A stretch of 64,000 nt of DNA from an uncultured Phycisphaerales bacterium (GTDB lineage: Bacteria; Planctomycetota; Phycisphaerae; Tepidisphaerales; Tepidisphaeraceae). The first letter of the stretch is position 1. Each line of letters begins with the position of its first letter. The stretch covers positions 13,811-77,810 of the forward strand of contig CALEKX010000112.1 in assembly GCA_937904525.1 (NCBI GenBank), read 5' to 3'. Shown here in pieces: positions 55,580-64,000 of this stretch. The position numbers and the translations under genes are program-made. Below the pieces are notes generated by a model. That model saw only the letters and a program-made list of their open reading frames with translations, searched no databases and was not told the origin of the DNA.

Positions 55580-57640
55580 ATGACGACCATCGACTGGATC
55601 ATCCTCCTGTTGCCGCTGGTGCTTGTGCTCTGCGTGGCGGCGCGCATCCGCCGCTATACGCGCAGCGTCGCGGACTTCCTGGCAGCCGGGCGAAGCGCGG
55701 GGCGATATCTCGTCAGCGTGGCTGACGGCATGGCGGCGATGGGGCTGATCACCGCCATCGGCGCATTCGAGATGTTCTACCAGGCGGGGACCGCCATCCA
55801 CTGGTGGAGCCAGCTTGCCGCGCCGGTGGGCCTGCTGATCGCGTTGTTCGGCTTCGTGATCTACCGCTTTCGCGAGACGCGCGCGCTGACGATGGCGCAG
55901 TTCTTCGAGATTCGCTACTCGCGGCGGCTTCGCATCTTCATGGGGATGCTGGCGTTTGTCGCGGGATTGGTGAACTACGGCATCTTTCCGATCGTCAGCG
56001 CGCGGTTCTTCGTCTATTTCTGCGGCCTGCCGACGGAGCTGACGATCGGCGAGATTGCGATCCCAACCGTCGCACTGCTGATGGCGCTATTTCTGGCGAT
56101 CGCGCTGTACTTCGTGCTGGGCGGCGGGCAACTGCAGGTGATGGTGACGGACTTTGTGCAGGGGCTGATCTGCGGCGTGCTGTTCATCGTCGTGGCAGCC
56201 GCGGTGCTGTACATCTTCACATTCGATCAGATGTTCGAGTCGGTCTCAGCGCGGCCGGCGGGACAGTCGCTGATCAATCCCTTCGACGCCTGGCAGGTGG
56301 CGGACTTCAACATCTGGTATGTGTTGATCGGCATCTTCAGCTCGGTCTACACGTACATGAGCTGGCAGGGCAACCAGGGGTACAACGCCTCTGCCTTGAA
56401 TGCCCATGAAGCCAAAATGGGACGGATCATCGGCGGCTGGCGGGGATTCGCGCAGGGACTGATGTTCACGCTGCTGGGGCTGGCGGCCATCACCTTCATG
56501 CACCATCCCGATTTCGCCGCCTCCGCCGCCGCGGCCCAGCAGAAACTGACAGCCATTGGCGCCGGCGAGGGCGAGCAGATCGTCAAGCAGATGACCGTGC
56601 CCGTCGCGATCAGCGAGTTTCTGCCCTGGGGCATCAAAGGGTGCTTTGCGCTGATCATGCTGTGCCTGATGATCACGACCGACAGCACGTACCTGCACTC
56701 CTGGGGCAGCATCTTCGTGCAGGATGTCGTGATGCCGCTGCGGAAGACACCGCTGGAACCGAAGCATCACCTGCGCCTGCTGCGATGGACGATCACGGGC
56801 GTGGCGGTGTTCGCACTGGTTTTCGGGCTGGTGTTTCCGCAGACGGACTACGTCTTCATGTTCTTCAACATCACAGGCGCGATCTTCCTGGGTGGATCGG
56901 GGGCTGTGATCATCGGTGGGCTGTATTGGAGCCGGGCGACGACGGCGGGCGCGTGGAGCGCGATGATCGTCGGGTCGTCGCTGGCGGTGACGGGCATCCT
57001 GTTGCCCATCTTCGTCGACGGCTGGCCGCTGAACGGCACAGTGATGATGTTCATTTCGATGGTGTGCGCGATTGCGGTGTTCGTGGTCGTGTCGCTGGCG
57101 ACATCGCGTCAGCCGTTCAACATGCAGCGGATGCTGCATCGCGGGCCGTACAAGATCGCGGAAGATCAGACCGAGCGCCCGCTGGAAGATCGGCCATTGG
57201 CCAACTGGAAGCGGTTGCTGTTGGGATATGACGAGAACTTCACGCGCGGCGATCGCTTCCTGTCAGCGGCGCTGTTCGCGTGGACGATGACATTGTTTGG
57301 CGCATTTGTCGTTATCACGATCATCAACCTGATCAGCCCTTGGAGCGATCGAGCCTGGTGGCGCTGGGTGGTGTTCAACAACATCTGGCTGCCGATCGTG
57401 GTGGGTGTGGTGACCACGGTCTGGTTCACGATCGGCGGAATCCGCGATCTGCGGCGGCTGTTGCAGCGTCTGCGCACCCAGCCGAGGGATGCGATGGACG
57501 ATGGCACCGTGGTGGCAGATCACAACGCCGATGATCAGTCGCCCTCCGGCGCCCGCGCATCTCAGCCGATCAGATCGGAGGAAGAACCGACCGATGCTCC
57601 CGAAGACCTTCCCGCCCCTGCGCCATCCACGGGCCTGTAG
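55580..57640 (+). CDS. sodium:solute symporter (SSF) family transporter with long C-terminal extension
   Basis: MTTIDWIILLLPLVLVLCVAARIRRYTRSVADFLAAGRSAGRYL and about 13-14 TM segments. Trimmed to the ATG at 55580. Confidence 0.8.
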   Translation: MTTIDWIILLLPLVLVLCVAARIRRYTRSVADFLAAGRSAGRYLVSVADGMAAMGLITAIGAFEMFYQAGTAIHWWSQLAAPVGLLIALFGFVIYRFRETRALTMAQFFEIRYSRRLRIFMGMLAFVAGLVNYGIFPIVSARFFVYFCGLPTELTIGEIAIPTVALLMALFLAIALYFVLGGGQLQVMVTDFVQGLICGVLFIVVAAAVLYIFTFDQMFESVSARPAGQSLINPFDAWQVADFNIWYVLIGIFSSVYTYMSWQGNQGYNASALNAHEAKMGRIIGGWRGFAQGLMFTLLGLAAITFMHHPDFAASAAAAQQKLTAIGAGEGEQIVKQMTVPVAISEFLPWGIKGCFALIMLCLMITTDSTYLHSWGSIFVQDVVMPLRKTPLEPKHHLRLLRWTITGVAVFALVFGLVFPQTDYVFMFFNITGAIFLGGSGAVIIGGLYWSRATTAGAWSAMIVGSSLAVTGILLPIFVDGWPLNGTVMMFISMVCAIAVFVVVSLATSRQPFNMQRMLHRGPYKIAEDQTERPLEDRPLANWKRLLLGYDENFTRGDRFLSAALFAWTMTLFGAFVVITIINLISPWSDRAWWRWVVFNNIWLPIVVGVVTTVWFTIGGIRDLRRLLQRLRTQPRDAMDDGTVVADHNADDQSPSGARASQPIRSEEEPTDAPEDLPAPAPSTGL

Positions 57641-57652
57641 CCGGACGATGGA

Positions 57653-58159
57653 TCAGGCCGATGCACCGTCTTCGGTGTCTGCCCTGCGCAGCAGATCGAG
57701 CGTCGCCTGATCCGCCTCGCCGTTGAAGTACTGGTTCAGCAGATCGTGAAACGGCGACGGTTCGGACGTCACGGCTGCGAAGAGCGTCGCACACGATCGC
57801 AGCTTCATGTCATCCGGCGATCCGAAGATCTCGTAGGCCGACTTGCCCTGGACATTGAGCACAGCCTGCGCGCATTCGCGCAGGCGCGGGCCGAGCACCG
57901 GATGCTCGAGATACGCGGCTGCCTCCTCGCGCGAACGGATGGCGTAGTACTGCGATGTTGCGCTGCGTCCCAGGCCCTGGTATTGCGGAAAGATGAACCA
58001 CATCCAATGCGAGCGTTTGCGCCCCGCCCGCAGCTCCGCCAGAGACTGCTCGTAAACGCCCTCCTGCGCCTGCACAAAGCGACCGAGATCGTAAGGGTCG
58101 TCCATCAGTTCAGCCTCCATCGCACGAACTGCGGACAATCTTCGCACCATCCCCGACAA
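57653..58159 (-). CDS. DUF1810-family protein
   Basis: DPYDLGRFVQAQEGVYEQSLAELRAGRKRSHWMWFIFPQYQGLGRSATSQYYAIRSREEAAAYLEHPVLGPRL. The true start is probably an internal Met (MEAELMDDPYDL). Confidence 0.7.
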   Translation of the reverse strand: MSGMVRRLSAVRAMEAELMDDPYDLGRFVQAQEGVYEQSLAELRAGRKRSHWMWFIFPQYQGLGRSATSQYYAIRSREEAAAYLEHPVLGPRLRECAQAVLNVQGKSAYEIFGSPDDMKLRSCATLFAAVTSEPSPFHDLLNQYFNGEADQATLDLLRRADTEDGASA

Positions 58160-58342
58160 TTGTCATCCCTGGTAGCACGCAGCGCAGCGACGGCACGCGT
58201 TTCTCCAATCCAGTTCACCCAGGATGACAATTTTCGGGCGATCGTCGTATGCGTCGACACACGGTGCCGGGGCGCGTCTTGTCGGTCCTTTCCACCCCGG
58301 ACACTCCTTCATTGCATTTGCCCTGCCACGCGGTAAGCTCCA

Positions 58343-59749
58343 ATGCGACGCCCCGTCGACGGCATGGCACGGTTCAACAACATGAGCACAGCACCCAACG
58401 TCGTCTTCTACTTCACCGATCAGCAGCGGTTCGACAGTGTCGGCCTGGGGGGCAACCCATTGGGTCTGACGCCCAACTTCGATCGCCTGGCGCGCCAGGG
58501 GACGCATGTTCGACATTGCTTCAGCCCCACGCCCATCTGTGGCCCCTGCCGGGCGTGCGTGCAGACCGGCACGTGGTACACGCGCAATGGCGTGTATCGC
58601 AACGGCACCGCCCTGCCACAGCAGCTGCCGACGATGGCTGATGCATTCAACCAGGCCGGTTACATGACCTCGTACATCGGCAAGTGGCATCTGGCTGGTC
58701 AAGACCAGCCGCATGGACCAGTCGCGCCCGAGCGCCGCGGCGGATACCAGCGATGGCTGGGCGCCGAGGTGCTTGAACTGGTCAGCCATCCCTACGACAC
58801 GCGCCTGTGGGACGCCGACGGCAACGAGCATCGCCTGCCCGGTTATCGCGTCGACGCCATGACCGATGCAGCCATTCGCGAGCTGCATCACCTCTCGCGC
58901 CAGGATCAGCCGTTCTTCCTTTTCCTCAGCCAGCTCGAGCCGCATCACCAGAACGACGCCGATAGCTGCCCCCCGCCGCGCGTCGACATCGGCCGATACG
59001 ACGGGGCGTGGACACCGCCGGACCTCGCCGCCCTGCCCACGCATCCGTCAGCCCAGCACCGCGAGCAATCCGCCACCGGCGGCAGCGCGTCGCGCCAGCT
59101 CGGCGGATACTGGGGCATGGTCAAGCGCCTGGACGAATCCCTCGGCCGGATCCACGATGCCCTGGTCTCGCTGGGCCTGGAAGACAACACCATCGTCGTC
59201 TTCACTTCCGACCACGGCTGCCATTTCAAGACGCGCGATGGTGCCTACAAGCGCACCTGCCATGAAAGCAGCATCCGCGTGCCCTGCATGATCAGCGGAG
59301 GTCCGTTCGCTGGCGGCGGCGATCTGCCCAACCTGGTCAGCCTGATCGACCTGCCGCCGACGTTGCTGGACGCCTGCGGGATCGACGTCCCGCCGTCGAT
59401 GCAGGGCCGATCGCTTCTGCCGGTGTTGACCGATCACCACGCAAGCTGGCCGGATGATGCCTATGTGCAGGTTGGCGACGGCAACTACGGCCGCGCGATC
59501 CGCACGCAGCGCTGGAAGTATTGCGTCATGGCTACGGACAACGATCACGCCCAAGCCAACGGCGGCGTAACGCATCGCTACACCGAGGCCTTCCTCTACG
59601 ACCTGGAGAACGACCCCTACGAGTTGTCGAACCTCATCCGCCTGCCGCGCTACGAATCCGTGCGCCAGGAGATGCGTCAGCGTCTGGCGAAGCGCCTCGC
59701 CGAGGCGGGCGAACCGCCAGCGGAGATGGTCCCTGCGGGCGAGGCATGA
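58343..59749 (+). CDS. sulfatase (formylglycine-dependent arylsulfatase family), no obvious signal peptide
   Basis: NVVFYFTDQQR and the C-x-P-x-R signature PICGPCRACVQTG, GKWH, FTSDHG. The start may be the internal MSTAPN (58382). Confidence 0.85.
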   Translation: MRRPVDGMARFNNMSTAPNVVFYFTDQQRFDSVGLGGNPLGLTPNFDRLARQGTHVRHCFSPTPICGPCRACVQTGTWYTRNGVYRNGTALPQQLPTMADAFNQAGYMTSYIGKWHLAGQDQPHGPVAPERRGGYQRWLGAEVLELVSHPYDTRLWDADGNEHRLPGYRVDAMTDAAIRELHHLSRQDQPFFLFLSQLEPHHQNDADSCPPPRVDIGRYDGAWTPPDLAALPTHPSAQHREQSATGGSASRQLGGYWGMVKRLDESLGRIHDALVSLGLEDNTIVVFTSDHGCHFKTRDGAYKRTCHESSIRVPCMISGGPFAGGGDLPNLVSLIDLPPTLLDACGIDVPPSMQGRSLLPVLTDHHASWPDDAYVQVGDGNYGRAIRTQRWKYCVMATDNDHAQANGGVTHRYTEAFLYDLENDPYELSNLIRLPRYESVRQEMRQRLAKRLAEAGEPPAEMVPAGEA

Positions 59750-59833
59750 TGTTCACGGTGGAACTGGCGCTCGGAGGAACGGCGACCGCGAAGGCGCGAT
59801 GAGCGCGAAGGATTCGCGAAGGCGCAAGCGATA

Positions 59834-60028
59834 TGCGTCGCGAACTGTCGCGACGCAAATGTTCCACGTGGAACATTGTCACTGGGTAGTGGACACCTGG
59901 TGCCACAGGTCGCGGCGTTAGCCGAGACCTGTGTTTCCCTGCGCGCAAGCACATGTCTGGCTGCGCTTCGCTGCGCCCGACATGTGGCACCGGGGGATTG
60001 GCTTGGCGAATGTTCCACGTGGAACATT
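59834..60028. repeat. structured palindromic element: two copies of the perfect 20-bp palindrome AATGTTCCACGTGGAACATT flanking nested inverted repeats
   Basis: Palindrome copies at 59858-59877 and 60009-60028. Hairpin TGCGTCGCGA-ACTG-TCGCGACGCA at 59834-59857. Nested arms 59899-59911/59979-59991 and 59925-59933/59950-59958. The symmetry centre is near 59943. Confidence 0.8.
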
Positions 60029-60168
60029 TTTCAGGACATTGCGATGCGACCCGGGTCGGCGGTGAATATCGAGGATAATCCGCTTTCCTGCGACAATTAG
60101 CGCCTCGCCCGTGCGCACGAGCGAGGCGCTGTTTTCAAGCAAGATTGCTCAAACGGCGGACGTGACGT

Positions 60169-63100
60169 TTACGGCGTCGCCGGCACGAAGCCCCACTGCG
60201 TCTCTGCCGTCCACTTGGTTCCCCAAGCCGGCTCGAAGTCCAGATCCACCGTCGTCGCGGCGCTGCGCCCGCGCGACCACTCCAGGCGGTTTCGCAACTG
60301 GTCATCCTGCACGATCATCGACATCAGGATGCGGTCGCCAGCGGCATGCGGCACCTGGTCGAGCTCGCTCCAGGGGATCGCCACCTCGTAGACATATCCC
60401 TCGTCCAGCACCTTGACCACAGCCCGCGCCCCCTCAATGCGGCAATGATCGCGGAGGAATCCATAATCGATCGGCAGCGGATGGCGATAGTAGAAGCTGG
60501 GCGTGCGGACGCGCAGGACCTCGGCACTCCCGTCGTCGGTCGGATAGACCATGTACTTGTACAGCGTGCTGAGGTATGACCCCGCGCGCCGCAGCGGATG
60601 ATCCGGCGGATACAGCTCGTACTGCGCCAGGTAATGCGAAGGATCGACCGGCCCCAGCGACAGCTGGATCATGTCGCCGGTATCGCCGGGGATCGGGCCG
60701 GCCTTCAGGTACATATGCTCAGCCGGCGGGCTTTGCATCTGGTTGAGGTTCTTGCCGGCCAGCATCGACGGCAGGATGCGCCGCGACGGGTCGCGAACGC
60801 GCGCCATCATGTACAGCGCGTCGTCATCGGCTGCGAAGGCGACTTCAGCGAAGAACGCATCACCGCTGTCGGCCACCTGTTCCCAGGGGAACCAGGCTTC
60901 GATCTGGTCGTCGCGGACTTCGCTGTTGAGCAACTGGACGGGCACGGCGCCAAACTGCTGCCACTCGGACACGTCGCCGTCGATCTGCGGCGTGGCGCGG
61001 GCGATGAGGCTGAAGTGCAGCGTCTCTTCGTGGGCGGCGTTGCCCTGCGGTGTTTGCACCTCGACGCGGACGGGATAGCGATTGCCCGCCGACATGTTGG
61101 CTGACACGACAGGCACTTCAAGTGTCTGATGGCCAGCCGGCGGCAGCGTCGCCTGAATGACAGGCGACTCGAACTGCAGGCCCTCGGCATGCAGCGTGAC
61201 CGAAACCGGCAGCGGCTGGTTGTAGGAATTGTTCAGCGTGACGCGGACGACGGCGCCTTCGCCGGCGCGGGCGGTCAGATCACTGAGGATGATCTCGACC
61301 GGCCGCAAGTCTTCGTGGATCGCCTGCTCGAGGCGCTGGACAAACTGCTCGATCGGTTCGCGTGATTCGATAAAGCGCGGCTCGGCATCGACGGTCAGTT
61401 CGATGTAGCCGTCGGCCTGGACGGGCGTCTCGATCGGATTGGCCAGCAAATCGAGCACGCGCAGGCCCTCGGTCGCCTGCAGGCGCATGCGGCTTTGATC
61501 ATCGACAAACTGCGCGCGGAACTCGCCGTCGAATCCGCGCACGCCGGCGGCCAGCGTGCTCATCACGGCTGCGACGTGGCGGTTTTCGCCGCGGGCGTTT
61601 TCGAACACGAGCACGAACGGCGGCCGCTGCGGGTGGGCGATCTGGCGGAACTTCAGGCCGTCGAGCATGTGGCGCACGCCGGCTGTCCACGCAGCCGCGG
61701 GGACCGGGTGGCGCTCGTGATCGAACAGCATCCGGTAGTTCCACAAGCTGATCTTGTCGCCGCCGTTGGCCAGGTAATACAGCACATGGCGCACGCTGGA
61801 GGCGTCGCCCGACCAGGCCTGCCAGGTCTCGGTCTCCCACAGATCCTTGTTGTATTCGCGGGCCATGGCGAAGGCGGCGCTGCGCGGGCTGGTGTAGTGG
61901 GTGCTGATCACGTCGATGACGTCTTGCATGCCGGCTGCGAACAGCTTCCAGTCGGTGTTGTGGCTGCTGTCGGCGGCGACGACCTTGATGGTCGGATCGG
62001 CCTGGTTGACGGCATCGCGGATGCCCTGCACGAGCCTGCGGTAATGCGCGCCGTCGGACTTCCAGCCGGTGATGCCCATGCCCTCCCACGGCTCGTTCCA
62101 GACGTTGGAGGCGCGGATGACATCCTTGTATCGGCTGTACAGTGCCACGTGAGCGCGCGTCCAGTCGGGCAGGTATTTCGTCAGCGGCGCCCAGTCGACC
62201 TTGATCATCTCGTTCTTGTACTTGGTCTCCTGGAGGCGCGGGTCGTCATCGGGCCTGGCCCATGTCGGCGCGATCTGCGCCAGGTGCATGGCCAGCAGGC
62301 CATTGTCGCGCAGGATCTGGAACAGCTCATCCGAGGCGGACCAGGTGTACCGGCCCGGCTGGGGTTCAAACGCTGCCCAGTTGGGGCCGCAGCGGACCCA
62401 GTCGATACCCATCTTCTTATAGGCATGGGCCATGGAGCGCAGGGGCATGGGCTCGCTGCTCTGCAGCTTGCCGTTTCGGAAGCGATCGCCCAGCGAGGCG
62501 ATGAACAGGCCATCAGGCTGGGTCTGATCCATCCGGCGCTGCGGCACGATGGCCGCCGCGCCCAGGTATCGCGCCCAGACGCGCTCGCCCTGTTCGAGAA
62601 CCACCGTCACACCCAGCGAACCATAGCGATCCGTCGGCAGGTCGATGTTGATCGAGGCCTGGCCACCATGGCGGGCGAGGACGTCATCCAGGGAGATGAC
62701 GGCCGCCTGGGCGGATTCGACGACGCGGATGTCGGCGCGCCACCAGGCTTCGCCCCACGTATCAGCCAGTCTCAGGCGCTGGATCACGATCCTCCCGGTG
62801 AGCGCGCCAGCCGGCAGACCACTGAGCGTCACCGTCGCCTTCGGCCGCTCCGTCGGGAAATAGATCTGCTGGGTGTCCCCGGAGAACGCTACCTTCGCCT
62901 CGATCCCCTCGATCGCGGAGCGCAGCTTTGTCTGCAGGATCTCATAGCCGGGACCGGGCTGCGCCTGCAGGCGCGAATCGCTGCCCAGCGTCAGTTGTTC
63001 CAGGAACAGCAGCTTCGCCGGGGCGTTCGGGTCAGCCGGCGCGGACAATCGCGTGAAGTACGGGACATAGCCGACGTTCCAGGCCTTGCCCGGCGGGCGC

Positions 63101-63339
63101 TTGGCGGGCTTGTACTCAACCTGCTTGCCGTCGATCCAGACGGTGTGGCGGATGGTTTCGCGCCCCAGTTCGGGAGGGATCGTGGCGGTCAACTCCAGGA
63201 AGTACGCCCCCGCGCCGGGGACGGCGATCTCCGCCGGCTCGGCTGTGTCAGGGGCATCCCCCGCTGCCTGTTGGCCCATGACGGGCGGAGCAAGCCACAG
63301 GGCCAAAACGACCGCAATCCCGCGAGTCATCCAGCTCAC
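60169..63339 (-). CDS. large secreted glycoside-hydrolase-like protein (TIM-barrel GH-A-like core, CBM9-like C-terminal domain)
   Basis: Signal peptide MSWMTRGIAVVLALWLAPPVMG. GTG 63339 lies 5 nt after GGGAGG. Core MGIDWVRCGPNWAAFEPQPGRYTW...NVWNEPW. C-terminal PQIDGDVSEWQQFGAVPV...DDALYMMARVRD. Confidence 0.55.
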   Translation of the reverse strand: MSWMTRGIAVVLALWLAPPVMGQQAAGDAPDTAEPAEIAVPGAGAYFLELTATIPPELGRETIRHTVWIDGKQVEYKPAKRPPGKAWNVGYVPYFTRLSAPADPNAPAKLLFLEQLTLGSDSRLQAQPGPGYEILQTKLRSAIEGIEAKVAFSGDTQQIYFPTERPKATVTLSGLPAGALTGRIVIQRLRLADTWGEAWWRADIRVVESAQAAVISLDDVLARHGGQASINIDLPTDRYGSLGVTVVLEQGERVWARYLGAAAIVPQRRMDQTQPDGLFIASLGDRFRNGKLQSSEPMPLRSMAHAYKKMGIDWVRCGPNWAAFEPQPGRYTWSASDELFQILRDNGLLAMHLAQIAPTWARPDDDPRLQETKYKNEMIKVDWAPLTKYLPDWTRAHVALYSRYKDVIRASNVWNEPWEGMGITGWKSDGAHYRRLVQGIRDAVNQADPTIKVVAADSSHNTDWKLFAAGMQDVIDVISTHYTSPRSAAFAMAREYNKDLWETETWQAWSGDASSVRHVLYYLANGGDKISLWNYRMLFDHERHPVPAAAWTAGVRHMLDGLKFRQIAHPQRPPFVLVFENARGENRHVAAVMSTLAAGVRGFDGEFRAQFVDDQSRMRLQATEGLRVLDLLANPIETPVQADGYIELTVDAEPRFIESREPIEQFVQRLEQAIHEDLRPVEIILSDLTARAGEGAVVRVTLNNSYNQPLPVSVTLHAEGLQFESPVIQATLPPAGHQTLEVPVVSANMSAGNRYPVRVEVQTPQGNAAHEETLHFSLIARATPQIDGDVSEWQQFGAVPVQLLNSEVRDDQIEAWFPWEQVADSGDAFFAEVAFAADDDALYMMARVRDPSRRILPSMLAGKNLNQMQSPPAEHMYLKAGPIPGDTGDMIQLSLGPVDPSHYLAQYELYPPDHPLRRAGSYLSTLYKYMVYPTDDGSAEVLRVRTPSFYYRHPLPIDYGFLRDHCRIEGARAVVKVLDEGYVYEVAIPWSELDQVPHAAGDRILMSMIVQDDQLRNRLEWSRGRSAATTVDLDFEPAWGTKWTAETQWGFVPATP

Positions 63340-63444
63340 ATGAACCTCCCGAACGGTAAAGATGACCTGTCGCACCAAAAAATACCATAAACCCTGATGG
63401 CGTCAATCAGATCTTCAGGAAGTGCCATGAAATACCGACAGAAC

Positions 63445-63481
63445 TTGACGAAAGCCCAATGGTTTGGTACTTTTTGAGTAC
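63445..63481 (+). promoter_or_regulatory. candidate promoter TTGACG-N17-TACTTT with inverted repeat GTACT-N5-AGTAC over the -10, near-leaderless
   Basis: -35 at 63445-63450, -10 at 63468-63473, inverted repeat at 63467-63481, ATG at 63484. Confidence 0.4.
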
Positions 63482-63483
63482 GG

Positions 63484-64000
63484 ATGAAAGACGACACCGG
63501 ACCATTGCTCGATCCCCTCACACAGACGCTTCCGCCACGCGGGCGGGTGATCCGGTGGGTGTCGGCTGCCATCGGTAGCGGAAAGCTGCGGATCGGTCAG
63601 CCGCTGCCGTCGGAGCGCGTCCTGGCCGAGCGCCTGGGCGTCTCGCGGACCGCCGTCCGGGCGGCGTTGGACGAAATGGCTGCCGAAGGCGCCATCGACC
63701 GGCCCAACGGGGGGCGCCTGCGCCGCGTCGCCCGAGTCCTGCCCGATCCGCAGGGGCGCAATCTCATGAACGACAGCCTCGCCATCGTCAGCAATGTCAT
63801 GCTGCCGACGGGGAATGTCGGAACCGGTTTCCAGGAACTGTACATCAAGCACCAGGCCTCGGTGAGCATCGAAGCCGCCGGCATGCACGCGATGGTCATC
63901 CACCCCTCCAGGGTGCTGGAGATGGGCATCGACCAGTTCCTGACGCATCCCCCAGCCGGCTTGCTGGTCGTGGACGAGGTGGCTGCCGGCTCTCAAGTGC
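63484..64000 (+). CDS. GntR-type HTH regulator, N-terminal part (3' end beyond the window)
   Basis: Not in the track because it is open at the edge. My translation reads MKDDTGPLLDPLTQTLPPRGRVIRWVSAAIGSGKLRIGQPLPSERVLAERLGVSRTAVRAALDEMAAEGAIDRPNGG. The minus-strand ORF 63415-63996 is its antisense shadow. Confidence 0.75.
   Translation, partial: MKDDTGPLLDPLTQTLPPRGRVIRWVSAAIGSGKLRIGQPLPSERVLAERLGVSRTAVRAALDEMAAEGAIDRPNGGRLRRVARVLPDPQGRNLMNDSLAIVSNVMLPTGNVGTGFQELYIKHQASVSIEAAGMHAMVIHPSRVLEMGIDQFLTHPPAGLLVVDEVAAGSQV

Overview
GC-rich chromosomal segment. The gene content points to Planctomycetota, probably Phycisphaerae-like (inference): two DUF1559/prepilin-type N-terminal-methylation proteins, two PEP-CTERM proteins, three GntR-HTH/sugar-binding-fold regulators, a sulfatase and secreted glycoside-hydrolase-like proteins. 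I support about 50 protein genes and 2 tRNAs (Pro-GGG, Thr-TGT). I see no rRNA, CRISPR array, intact transposase, integrase or prophage genes.

Housekeeping genes: carB (partial, open at the left edge and missing from the ORF track), trpE, nadE, gltX, smpB, pdxJ-dapA-aroD/E, a fur-family gene, hemL and greA.

Functional blocks:
- A complete minus-strand Pho block (porin, pstSCAB, phoU, phoB, phoR) with a Pho-box-like repeat array.
- A tRNA-Pro-adjacent metal/arsenic islet: MerR-type regulator, an unannotated 29-aa Cys-rich ORF, arsC and a NIP-type aquaporin.
- A lipoprotein translationally coupled to an 1804-aa AsmA/DUF748-like giant protein.
- Three polysaccharide-type loci, each with a GntR-type regulator.

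The stand-out is a four-gene minus-strand operon (20499-25712). It encodes two or three small WXG100-like helical-hairpin proteins and a 1308-aa membrane FtsK/SpoIIIE ATPase. That is a minimal type VII-like secretion core in what looks like a diderm genome, without any other known T7SS component.

Other notable points:
- Two apparent single-base frameshifts (aquaporin, phosphate porin).
- Several families of intergenic repeats and palindromes.
- Apparently leaderless promoters for five regulator genes.

Many long ORFs in the track are antisense shadows caused by high GC, and I rejected them.
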